Made by a program: the position numbers and the translations under genes. 64,000 nucleotides of DNA, from NCBI RefSeq assembly GCF_036321535.1, contig NC_087437.1:85438001-85502000 (forward strand), given 5' to 3'. Positions 12,896 through 23,998 of the stretch are shown here, piece by piece. Origin of the DNA: Camelus dromedarius (taxonomy: Eukaryota). Below the pieces are notes generated by a model, which saw nothing but the letters and a program-made list of their open reading frames with translations, searched no databases and was not told where the DNA came from. The stretch's first letter is position 1; every line of letters starts with the position of its first letter.

Positions 12896-13913
12896 ATTTT
12901 CATTTTGTTTGCCTTCTATTTTCTGGAGTATTTCCCTTTATATATCCTAACTTTATTTTTAAATAGTTGTTTTAAGTTTTAACTGATCAGCCTATCTGCT
13001 TTTTCTAATAGTAAATTTATCCAGCAGAAAAAAAAAATTCAGTGCCATTCTAATGACCATAGAACTAGGCATTTCACAATTCTCCATATAATAAATGATT
13101 GCCATACATGAAAATGCTGGCAATGAAGACCAAGTGAGGAACACAATCTATTTTGTGCAAATAAAAAGCATAAAATTAAAGCCAGATCTCTTTCTACCAT
13201 TCTCTTTTCAATACATTGACAACTGCAAATGACCCTACTTAATATGACTAGAATCAGGCCAAATGAGCATGACAAATATTAATCTACAAATTATTTAAAA
13301 ATTACTGTTCCTCACCTTTTTTTGCAATTGAGAAGCTGTACTTAGATTACTTCCCTTAGGTTACACTGAGCACTGTTAGAAACCATCAAGGCAATTGTAA
13401 GACATTTAGATTGTAAGATGTGGAGATTTTTTTATAGTAAATTTAAGCTACCATTACATAATGCTGACCACATAGGTGGTGCTAACTGCATGGACCCATA
13501 GACTTTAATTAGGCAATTAAAAATAAATAGGTTGGTGAAATGTTTGACAATATGACATTTATTAACAAAGAAAGTTATGTTGCTTAATATCCATTCATAG
13601 AGGAAAAAGGCCTTAGTGTGAGTGAAGTGTACTTCTGAAATCACAGACTTCAAAATCATTTGCGAAATACCTTGTATATGTAACATTTCAGTATAATAAT
13701 GCATCATTCTAAGAATATCACAAAGTTTTGATTCTCTGGAACATGGATCATATTGGAGATTCTCAATGGAGATCAAATCAATGCTACGAATATCATTGCT
13801 TACTTAAAAACCCACTAGCAATGCTTCCCCCTTGCTTGCCACTTGGCTATCTTTCAAATATATGATCTAGTTGTGTTACCCCAAAAGGTAAAGACCCCGA
13901 TTCTTATCATGCC

Positions 13914-14415
13914 TGTAAGACAAATTTACAGTCGGAAGATGGTGTGTTGTGCAGCGAAAGATTTTAAAACATTTATTTTAAAAAAGGAAAAGTACACCTC
14001 CAAAAACAGGAGGCGGGCTGACCAAGGAGAGAAAAGCAGCGGTTTTGTCTCCCCTTGTCTCCTCTGCCCTCACTTACAGGTGGCCTCTTGACTGACTGAT
14101 GGCTGTTGTCCCTGGAATGCTTAGTCATGGTGGGCCCCTTTGCTCACGTCCTTACCCACGGTGTGCACAGAAAAACCCACGGAGGAGCCTAAACCGCAAT
14201 GTTTATTATAATACAATGAGCACTGGATTGTGTCCAGTTAAGTCATTTCTGCTACCACTTAGTGGTGGCTGTCAGGTTTTAATCAGTTTCTTGCTGGCAC
14301 TCATTTAGAAGCAAAGTTCCTTTATGCTGAAGGCAGGCATAACACCATCTTCTGGACCAACCTCCCTCTCCTCCATCTGTCTGCTCAGAGCCCCCACTGA
14401 CCTAACCACCTAAGA
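13914..14415 (-). mobile_element. Solo ERV LTR (ERV1-like, about 500 bp) inserted beside an L2 remnant
   Basis: GC/CpG-richer block with sharp edges. The minus strand begins TcTTAGGTGGTTAG and ends ...GTCTTACA, with AATAAA (tttatt at about 13972 on +) some 60 bp from the 3' end. No clear TSD. Confidence 0.7.
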
Positions 14416-15129
14416 CTTGTATTTATTAGCAACATGTTATGAAATTCTAACCACAAGTATTATGGACATTGTGCAATGTTCCTTAAAAGTAACTACTGTA
14501 ATATGTATATTTAGAAGAAAAAAATATAATTCTCATAATTTATTCTGATTTTATATGCAGAAGAAGGAATAGAAAAGTTCTGTCAATTGTGTGTTTGATT
14601 TAATATCCATTATATAATGATATAATTTTAGTTAAACATAAAATTGTATACTTTTGCTGAATACACTAATTATATTAATCATTTACATAACTATCCTTTC
14701 ACTGTATCTGTACTTTAAAGACAGAGCCAAGGGTTTTACTTCCTGAATCTAAAGATCTAACATTGTCTTTTACAAAGTTTAGGCTTCTGGACCATTAATC
14801 CTGTAAATCTTGCAGTTAAGCAAACACAAGTCTGGATAATTTATATTTTGTAGTAATTCATTTCATTCTACTTATATACATACTTCAGCCATATTTCTTC
14901 CTCTGATATTTTATTGTCCTAATCTGCATATGAAATAATATTTAATGCATTTTTCTGCTTTGTCTATTTATTACTAAATCAAATTTTAATGTTTTACTAA
15001 TATTTCAATTTAAAAATATGAAATACTCCCTAGAGTATATATGGAAAAAACATTAAAATAACCATTAATCATCAGAATTAGACACAAAATTTATAAAATT
15101 ATTATAACCCCTAAACCTAATAACACTTT

Positions 15130-15300
15130 TTATTTACTGAATACCTCTACCCTGCCTGGAACTTTGCTACCTGCTTCACATATGCTATCTCATTTGACAT
15201 TTACAAGAGTTCCTCAAAATAAGAATTTTTCCCATTTTATAGATAAGTTTCAAATATTTTCAAATAGTTAAACTGTCCTAGCTTACACAGATATTCAGTT
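15130..15300 (-). mobile_element. MIR SINE
   Basis: tatttactgaatacct...cttcacatatgctatctcattt...cccattttatagataag, antisense MIR core. Confidence 0.7.
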
Positions 15301-17149
15301 TATAATTTAGCACTCTCTACTTAAAAAAAAATTTTTAAGGATTATATTAACTCCACAACTATAGAGAATTACATTTCTGCATATGTTTAATTTTTTTAAG
15401 TCAAAGATATGAATATTAGTATTATTTCCTACAAGTGAATAAGGATAAAATTATCCTTCCTTATTAACTTTGTGTTAAAATTTGGATTTTTTAAGTGTTA
15501 ATCTACATGACAACTGTAAATAATAAAGTAGATGCTTGATACAAAAATGTGAAGTATAGAATCTCTGACAACTGTGAAAGTTTGTACCCAATATTTATGA
15601 GGAAGAATCAGGTTTGATTCCAAAAGAGGAATTTCATGGTGTGGATTTTATAGATTCTTGATAACTATGTGTATAGTCAACCAGCCTAACTTTTCCAAAG
15701 GAACTTAAGCAAAAATACAGAAGAACAATGTTTACTGCATAGCAAATTATAAGAGAAACACATGTATATCAATCTGTTGACAAGATAACATTCCATTTCA
15801 AGATGTAATATTGTTTATATCAGGTTTGTTACACGACATATTTCAAAATAATCTTGGAAGAAAGTACCTAAACACTGATCAGTTGTGTTAGGAGGTACAA
15901 ATGCTGAAAAAACTTATGCAGGCCATGTCAGTCTTAGGGAGAACAATCAACAGGCATCAAATACTTCTGTCTGACCTATACCGTTGTTTACAGCAGTTAG
16001 CAAACCTGGCAGAAAAGTTTTAGAACACAGCTCCAATGATATGTTAGCACAGCATTTGGCCAGTAACCTCTAATAATAGTGATATGCACATAGACAACTG
16101 AAGAGCTAGCAGAATAAAAAAAAAAAAAAGTCATAGCATAATAAAATTTTTCAACAAAGTTAAAATTGCAAAAAAAATTTTATCTTTATGAGAAAAGAAA
16201 AACAGCACATTTTAAAAAAATGTATTTTTGTTTATTTTAAAAACAGAACACTAAGAATATTTGTCTACTTTCATATATAGTTATATAGTTTTCACTTCTT
16301 AAATTGCCTTAAATTTAATTTATGGACATTATTACAACATGTATCATGAAATATTTCTTTTAGGTAAATAAATATCTATATTATTAGTTACCACAAGCTC
16401 TGTCTAGAGATTAGTTCAATGTATATGACAATTAAATCCCTAGAGAATAGCAGAATTTTAAAAAACTAGCAGAAAAAAGCTCTGTTAGAATAAATACATC
16501 ACAAGTTCACATGGGAATTAATGGTTTTTGCCTTATCCAAAGGCAGTCCAAAGAAATTTGGTATCAACATACTCTGTTTAGATTCCATCTGAAATTGAAG
16601 CTCAGATTAATCTTCTTTATAATGAGCTACTTATTTTTTTAAATCCTTTGATTCTTAAAGACTCGTATAACCTTTGCCAAGGCTGTATTTATTCAGCTTT
16701 CTAAGAGCTTAACACCTCCCTTTATATTCTCTGTGTGTTTTGCTAGAATCAGATAATTTTATTCTTGGCCAGATCAGAGATATCGTCATCTATATTTGAG
16801 CTCCTGCCTTGAATGCCATAGTTGCTTGTATCGTACATTTTAAAAACTTCATATTCTCCTTATGTCTCAATACCCCTACAAACAGGCTATGCACTCCCTG
16901 GGTAATTAAAAGGTAAATAAAGGTAATTAAATTATACATATATAAAATCTAATATAAATATATAATAAATTGTGCATATGTATGTATAACTAACTTAAAC
17001 AATGTTCCATAATTTGATGCAACTGGAAATCCAGCATTATGTAAGAAAATAATATACATAACAAAAGGTAAAAGGGGCACCGACTGGCTTTTGTGCCCGT
17101 ACAACACAGGTTCTAATTTAACTTTAAGCTTTGCTAAAATGCATCAATT

Positions 17150-19450
17150 GACAAACTTCATGGATTGAATACTGAGCTCATATTATAATTATACCTGAGG
17201 ATCCCACTAAATCTAAACATTGACCCTCTGTAATCTTAAAAAAGTAACTAAATGCCTAATGTGCCTACAGTCATAATACTCATTTCACGGAAGCATTTCA
17301 CATTGGGCATAGATGCTCTGAAACAATAAATGATTAAAATTAACATCTGTAATACTTAACAAACCAGCTAAATAAAATAGGACTCCATGATCCTCCAGTT
17401 ACAGTAGTTAATATGACCCAGTGTAAGTCAAAACAGGACTTCCAAGAATTAAAACTTATTATATAAAACCTAATAAATAAAAGAATGATTATCCCCAATG
17501 CTTCTGCCTTTGACAGCTCAATTGTGCCTGTTCTAAATCCAAAAAAAATAAATATATAAATAAAGAGTGCGGCATAACAGATTCCTACAAGCGTAATTCT
17601 ATGGTTCCATCTCATCTATCAAGGCCCTCATACTGAATACTCGATATTATTAAAATGACTGATTCTATTCAACCAACAACTGGTAAATATTAGGCTCTTA
17701 CTATAACATGTTCTGCTGAGTGCCCATTTCAACCTCAGTTTGCCTCCACCTCCAAAGGGACACAGAGCTCCTTTTCCAGGCTCCCCGTGGAGGCACTTTA
17801 TCAGCTCTGTGATCACACACAATCTTTGCAGACCAGATTTTGGCCACATTGCCTTTCTCTAGGAGGACAGGTATGACAGCACATTGGTAACATCCCCCTC
17901 CAAGGAGATTCATCTGACATACTCATTAAGGACACCAAGTCCTGCATCTTTTAGTCCTTGGGTTCTGGTGGTACGTATTCCTCATTTATAAATTTTACTT
18001 GCCAATTAAAATCAATAGGCACTCCTATGAGGACTCTCAAAAATCTCATTCCCCGCAGAGGTTTTGGCAGTCTCTTCTCATGCCTCCTGGAGTCTCTGAT
18101 TGTTTATGATGGCCATAAATTATCCCCAGACTTCTGATGCAAAATAAACTGCCCCGCTTGGCCTTGTGCTATGTCGATCTCCAGGGCTCTCCTGGAATAC
18201 AGAGGCTCTCACGGGCACTGAACCTGTGACCTTCAATACCCAGCTTCTGTGGGAAACAGCACCCCACCGGCTTGGCACTGCTACAGAGGCCTCTCTAAAA
18301 TAGGACAAAAGCAAACCTGGACTCTCTGGCACATTCCACCTTGAGGAGGGGGTGGTTTCTCCTGTTCTCAGTCCCTTGCCAGATGTCAGGGTGCTGGAGA
18401 AGGTCACTGCTCCCCCATTCACTTTGGCTACTTGGGAAGCCCCTTGAGATTAACTGAGTGAACAGCAGTGGGAGTTCCTGGACTACATGAAAGGCGTGGC
18501 TAACCATCCTGTGATGGAGCTCGGTGGCACGTTGCTGCCTTCCCTCCTCCAGCCAGAAGGGCCCTGACAAAGGACAGGACCCCAGAGCCATATACTTGGC
18601 CAAACTTCAGACTGTCATCTTAGCGCTGGATGCTCTGGCCAACAGTGGCTCCATCTTCATGTGTGTAATAAATTATTGGGTTATTGCCCAAAAGTTTACA
18701 GGGTAAAACCCTCTGGGAAATGCCTGTTTCACAGATATCCAAAATATAAACCAAAATCACACATGCCTCTCCATACACTAAAACCACAACACGAGGCCTT
18801 GCTTTGCAATTCCTTACACAAGGAGTATAAGGACACTTCTCTTCCCCCCAGAGTTACAGATATTACTGGTCAGACCCAAGGCACATTTTGCTTATTACAA
18901 TACACAATGCTAGGCTCTTGGAAAAGGCATTCCAAAGAACTTTAAAGTCCCTAATAGATCCCAAATAGCCAGTTTCACTGAGACAAAATGATCTCCAACA
19001 ATTGCTTTTCCAATTCCAGTCCAACCCATAAACCCCTGAAATTCTCTATCTTGTCCCAGGCCTTAACCCAATTATATAAATTTTCTAGCTTAACCCCATC
19101 CCATAAGGACTGGCCAGATCCAGGGGTCATATTCTCCTAGGATTCACAAACCATAGATTGTTTCACAGACCAAGCAGTTGCTTATCTGATAGGGGACCTG
19201 TCTGAACGTAAACTTTCACCAAAACCAAAAACTTGTCAGGTGCACACCATTTGTTGACTGTTGGTTTTATTGCTACCTGTCTGGGTACTTTCACTAGTTT
19301 ACAACTGAGAGGCTCATACCAACTCCAGTGGATGCCCACTTGAAAAGGATACCCCAGTTCCCAGATGACATCACTCTGGCCCAAAATCTCACTTCTGCAG
19401 ATGACATCACCTGAGACAACATTATCCCCATCCAAGACCTCACTGTGGAG
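17150..19450 (+). pseudogene. pol: Retroviral pro-pol pseudogene (ERV-L-like protease, RT, RNase H, partly deleted integrase)
   Basis: Motif order and wording parallel ERV-L pol (IPTxSPFNSPIWPV, QFAF, LPQG, CHNL, YIDD, AQxAEL, SDQGTHF). All frames are interrupted. Confidence 0.85.
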
Positions 19451-19539
19451 ATGCCTTGGGCTCTTGTGCCAGAGACAACTTCACCTCTTACAATAAAACC
19501 ACCACCTCAGTGATGCTCATGGATTAATTCTCCCAAGGC

Positions 19540-20670
19540 ACAAATTGGACACAGGACATATTTTCTCTTAAACTCACTGTCTGCTTAGCACACGGTTCTA
19601 GTATACTCCTTGCTCTCCGCTAAAGCATGAATCCTTACACTTAAAGAGGCATTTGATAGAGGTTCCTAAAGTTAATGGAGAGTATTGTTTTCCCCAGGAG
19701 GCATCCACCTCATATCACTCAACCCCTTGACCCTCTGGAGAGAGGACCATCCACTCTCTGATGCCTCTTCCTACTCTGCCCTCCAGCTTTCTACCACAAC
19801 TCTCTCCTTGTGTCTCAATCCATGACCACCACGACCACTCTTTCCCATCGGTCAAACACACCACCACCACCTTCTCACAAGGACATTATGTTCTAAATAA
19901 TGGCGCCTTGGGGTTTATAGTGACCCAAACTCACAGACATGGCACCTCATGTATTTTTCCTTGCTGACTCTCAATGTGTTTTTCCTAATGAAAACACACC
20001 CACTGGGGATTCCCATAGTTTTCCATCCACTGGCACCTCTTCATTTCCCACAACACAAGGACTCCAGGCAAAACAGATAATATTTATTCCTATCTTAATA
20101 GAACTTGTCATAGACACAGGAGCCAACAGCCAGCACTGGAACCGATACAGCAGGCTTTGTCAAATGAAAAAAAGCATAAATGTCAACAGCACCTTTCCAC
20201 AGCCCTTTCCGATCAGATTCAAGGGCTGCATGAAATTTTGTTCCTTATACAGCAAGCCTATTAGTCTCTAGTCCAAATGGTAAAGGATAAAAGACTGGCT
20301 CTTGACTCCTTAACAGCCAAGGAAAGAGGGCTGTGTGCTATTCAGGGTACTGCCTGCTATAGGTACATTATTGACTCTGGACAGGTCACAACAAACTACA
20401 AGGAAAAGGCAAAGAGGTAAGAGCTTTTATAATATAATAAAAATCTTCTAATAAATTTCCTTAAAATCAGAGATGCCTGGTCTGTTCTCTTCCCTGTGGT
20501 CCACAAAGAGGGATGCCTGGGTGCCAGCTGGGTTCCAAACTCCCATCACGTGCCTAATAGGACTCTTTCATCACTTTTAGCAAAGTTTGCCTTTGGTGGC
20601 TAAGTCAAGCTGTCCCACTCACCCTTAACATGTCCACAGCCCAGGTAACAAGTGTTATCCATCCCAGTTA
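19540..20670 (+). pseudogene. env: Retroviral env pseudogene (gamma-type TM subunit; short, deleted SU)
   Basis: QAKQ/IIFIPILIELVIDTG (20065-20121) is a decayed furin site plus fusion peptide. SLVQMVKDKRLALDSLTAKERGLCAIQGTACYRYIIDSGQV (20265-20387) is the immunosuppressive domain plus CX6C(C). A hydrophobic anchor-like segment lies at about 20510-20600. Confidence 0.85.
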
Positions 20671-20705
20671 GTACTGTTAGTGATACTGAGGCATCAGAGG
20701 ATGAA

Positions 20706-21210
20706 TTTTATTCTAGATATTTAAAATTTCATATTTTCCTGAAGCCTCAACATCCCCACAAACAGGCTGTGAGTATCCCACCCAGGGGACCAGGACCACT
20801 AATGTGATAAGGTTAGTCTTTAGCACAAGTTCCCCTTCTTGTCCTCCCCTGACTGTGATCTTGTGACACTCAAACACACTAAGGATACCCCCTCATGCCT
20901 TTTGCTTGTACACTTCACCTTGACCCCAATAAAGGCACTTGCCCATGGTATATCTGTCTCTCTCTCTGTCTCTATCCATCTCTCCTCCCCACTTGCCTAG
21001 TTGAGTCTTTCTATTGGAACTCCTTATGTGTGAATCCCCGCATGGCCTGCTGCACCTGTTTCTTCTAGGTCCTTAGTATAATAAACCTCTTTTAATGTCA
21101 TTTGCCTCTCTCTGGTGTTATTCTGTGCTTGTTAATGTAACTATTCCTTACATCACAGTACTGCATCGCTTATAATTTTAATCCCTTCCTCACAGACTCC
21201 ATTCTTAACA
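20706..21210 (+). mobile_element. 3' LTR of the provirus (MER54/MER73/MER74/LTR53-related ERVL LTR)
   Basis: Follows a purine-rich tract (agaggatgaa). Begins T(t)TTATTCTAGATAT and ends CTTAACA. Contains caataaaggcacttgccca (TATA-region motif of this LTR group) and AATAAA at about 21080. Confidence 0.8.
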
Positions 21211-21659
21211 AATATGTTAACAATTTCACCTCTAAAAAGTGGGTAGCAATAGAGACAAGGTTTATTTTTCTTTTCTGTGATTTATTAAACACATTAAAAG
21301 GTAAGGGTAGGCTGAAAAAGTAGAATCGGAGTAGCCTGTATCTTCCTCCACTGTGTGGGAATTTCCATGTCTTGCTCTTGCAGAATAGTGTATATATAAT
21401 TTATTGGGAGGCTGCAACTGTGAGAGTGGACTCCAGGACTCAAGCTTGCTGGGAGTGGAAGGAGTTTATTGAGGATAGTGAGATGAAGTGAAAGGCTATA
21501 CACCAAACAGTGAGTTTAACCCTCTAAACACTGCCAGTCTGACCACTAAGCTAAATTCAGTCAGAATTCAATCAGAGGAACTATTCATTCAGTGTATATG
21601 ACAGTTTTATTAATTTCACTCTTCAAATCCACTGCTAATCAGACACCTCCTTTTTTTCC

Positions 21660-21957
21660 TTGTGGCTTGCTTATGATGGCTGCATCAGTGGGTTCCAGGT
21701 TTTCAGTTTAGACTGGGTTGGGCCAATGGGCATCCCATGTAGGGGCTTGGAGTGAGGGACAAGTGTGAGCTTGAGGTTTATATTTCCTCAGCTCTTTCCC
21801 TGGAAAATCACTCCTGCATGGTGGCCTTGGGGATTATCTCTATCACACTTTCTGAGAGTTGGTTTTTTTTTTATCCCTCCCTCTACTCCTGTCTTTGGGC
21901 CAAAGATGGTAACAGTTTGCTCATTGTAAGCCCCAAGTTAATGCAGCATCCTTTGTG
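21660..21957 (+). mobile_element. LTR33-like ERVL LTR fragment
   Basis: tgggttgggccaatggg...tgaggtttatatttcctcagctctttccctg...gatggtaacagtttgctcattgtaagcccc resembles LTR33. Confidence 0.65.
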
Positions 21958-21959
21958 TG

Positions 21960-22090
21960 GGACAACTTCTGGGAACCTTAGGTGTCCATTGGTTTGTGGC
22001 AGCATAACTCTAATCTCTGCCCCTGTCTTCACATGGTCATCATCTGTGTGTCATGTATCTGTATTTCTTTTTTTCTTATAAGGATACCAG
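21960..22090 (-). mobile_element. MLT1 (MaLR) LTR fragment
   Basis: ttggtttgtggcagcataactctaatctctgcccctgtcttcacatgg...cttataaggataccag is antisense MLT1A/B/C. Confidence 0.8.
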
Positions 22091-22092
22091 CT

Positions 22093-23313
22093 AAAGATCA
22101 ATGGAACTAAAAGATGGTTCTTTGAAAAGATAAACAAAATTTATAAACCTTTAGCCAGACTCATCAAGAAAAAAAGGGAGAGGGATCAAATAAGTAAAAT
22201 CAGAAATAATAAAAAGGAGAAGTTACAACCAACACCACAGAAACACAAAGGATCATAAAAGATTTCTATGAACAACTACATGCCAATAAAATGGACAACA
22301 TAGAAGAAACTGGCAAATTCTTAGAAAGGTACAATCTCCCAAGACTGAACTAGGGAGAAATATAAAATACGAACAGGTCAATTACCAGTACTGAAATTGA
22401 ATCAGTAATTTAAAAACTCCCAAGATTTGAAAGTTCAGGACCAGACGGCCTCAAAGGTGAATTCTACCAAACATTTAGGGAAGAGTGAACAGATATCTTT
22501 CTCAAACTATTCCCAAAAGTTGCAGAGGTAGGAACACTTCAAACTCATTCTATCTAGTACCACCCTGATACCAAAACCAGACAAAGATATAACAAAAAAT
22601 TAAATTACACACAATATCACAGGTCAACATAGATGCTAAAATCCTCAGCAATATACTAGCAAGCTGCATCCAGCAATATGTTAAGAAGATCAAATGGGGT
22701 TCATCCCAGGGATGCAAGGACTTTTCAATATCGCAAATCAAACAAAGTGACACACTACATGAACAAACTAAAGAATAAAAACCACATGGTCATCTTAATA
22801 GACGCAGAAAAAGCTTTTGATAAAGTTAAACATCCATTTATGATAAAAAAAAAACTTTTCAGAAAGCAGGAACAGGGGGAACATACATCAACATAATAAA
22901 GGCCACATATGACAAACCCACAGTTAATATCATACTCAAGGGTAAAAAGCTGGAAGCATTTCCTCTAAGATCAGGAACAAGACAAAGATGCCCACTCTTG
23001 CCACTTTTGTTCAACATAGTTTTGGAAGTCCTAGCCACTGCTATCAGGCAAGAAAAAGAAATTAAAGAAATTCAAATTAGAAAGAAAGAGGTAAAACTGT
23101 CATTGTTTACAGATGACAGGATATTATACATGAAAAATCCTAAGGACACCATCAGCAAACTCCCAGAGCTCATCAGTGAATTCTGTAAAGTTGCAGGATA
23201 CAAAATTAATATACAGAAATCTGTTTCAGTTCTATACAATAACAACAAAATCTCAAAAAAAAAATGGAATTTAGGAAACAATACCATTTACCACTGCACC
23301 AAAAAGAATAAAT
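22093..23313 (+). mobile_element. L1 ORF2 central (RT) fragment
   Basis: [16 protein letters not shown]...; IDAEKAFDKV (ORF 22678..22896); [22 protein letters not shown]...SLFTDD (ORF 22998..23315). Confidence 0.95.
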
Positions 23314-23504
23314 AATAATATATTTTATTTTTTATTTCTAACATCTTTTAATCTATGTATTTTGATGGTATTTTATTGGGGTGTATTATGCTTTTCAAGG
23401 TTCTTATCTACATATAATATGACTAAATATGTGTGTTAATTTTTAACTAATTCTTATACTCAAATTAACCACCTGCTAGAAAATTCAAACAGAAGTCAAA
23501 ATAC

Positions 23505-23998
23505 ACAAGATAACCTGAGTCATAGTATGGTATCAGAAAATAAAAAAGCACTAAAAAAAAAAAAAACACACATACACACAAAATAAAAACACCTCAATGA
23601 TGAAAATTTCAAAAGGACACAGGAGCCAACTTGAAGAGCTCCCAATGGCCAAAGCTGAAACAATTTATGTAAAAACAATAAAGTAATATTGCATTATAAC
23701 ACAGACTATGAAATAAATATCTAGGAGTGGCGTTCATACTAATAAATAAATGATTGAATAGATAAATAAATGGATAAAAAGACAGATCTCTTTTAGAGAA
23801 AAATAAAGAAATTTGAAGCATGAACTCTAGCTAATAATGTTATCAATATTGATTCACTCATTGTGACAAATATGACATACTAATGTAAAATGTTAATAAT
23901 AGAGGAATCTTAGTGTGGAGTACATAGAAACTCTGGATTATTTTGACAATACTTCTGTAAATCTAAAACTGTGCAAAAATAAAAGTTAATCTTAAAAA
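23505..23998 (+). mobile_element. L1MC/L1MD-type 3' end
   Basis: aaaggacacaggagccaacttgaagagctcccaatggccaaagctg; atgttaataatagaggaa; ctgtaaatctaaaactgtgcaaaaataaaagtt. Confidence 0.8.

Larger units (their letters stand above)
17063..20705 (+). mobile_element. Degraded class III (ERV-L-related, HERVL74/LTR53-int-like) provirus internal region: pro-pol-env; gag and 5' LTR missing
   Basis: Protease DTGA-like motif (NT-A-HIIIIPEDPTK, about 17168-17220). RT motifs IIPNASAFDSSIVPVL (17487-17536), QPQFA, RLP, HNLCR and YIDD decayed to HIGN (17880-17891). RNase H LAKLQTVILAL (about 18600). Integrase SD-QGT (about 18870). Env motifs downstream. Many stops and frameshifts. Confidence 0.88.

Noticed and set aside
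15866..16129. Minus-strand exon (T-run acceptor, GTACTT donor) or plus-strand processed pseudogene ending in an A-run
   Set aside because: Stops in all three minus frames, only a 40-codon plus ORF, no TSD and no recognisable product.
19761..20420. env as a domesticated syncytin-like gene
   Set aside because: Fragmented by frameshifts and stops, with furin and CX6CC motifs mutated and SU shortened; no long ORF.
22093..23315. RT-like ORFs here and at 9683, 43946, 59560 and 63169 as host genes or active elements
   Set aside because: All are interrupted fragments of L1 ORF2; there is no full-length L1 in the window.
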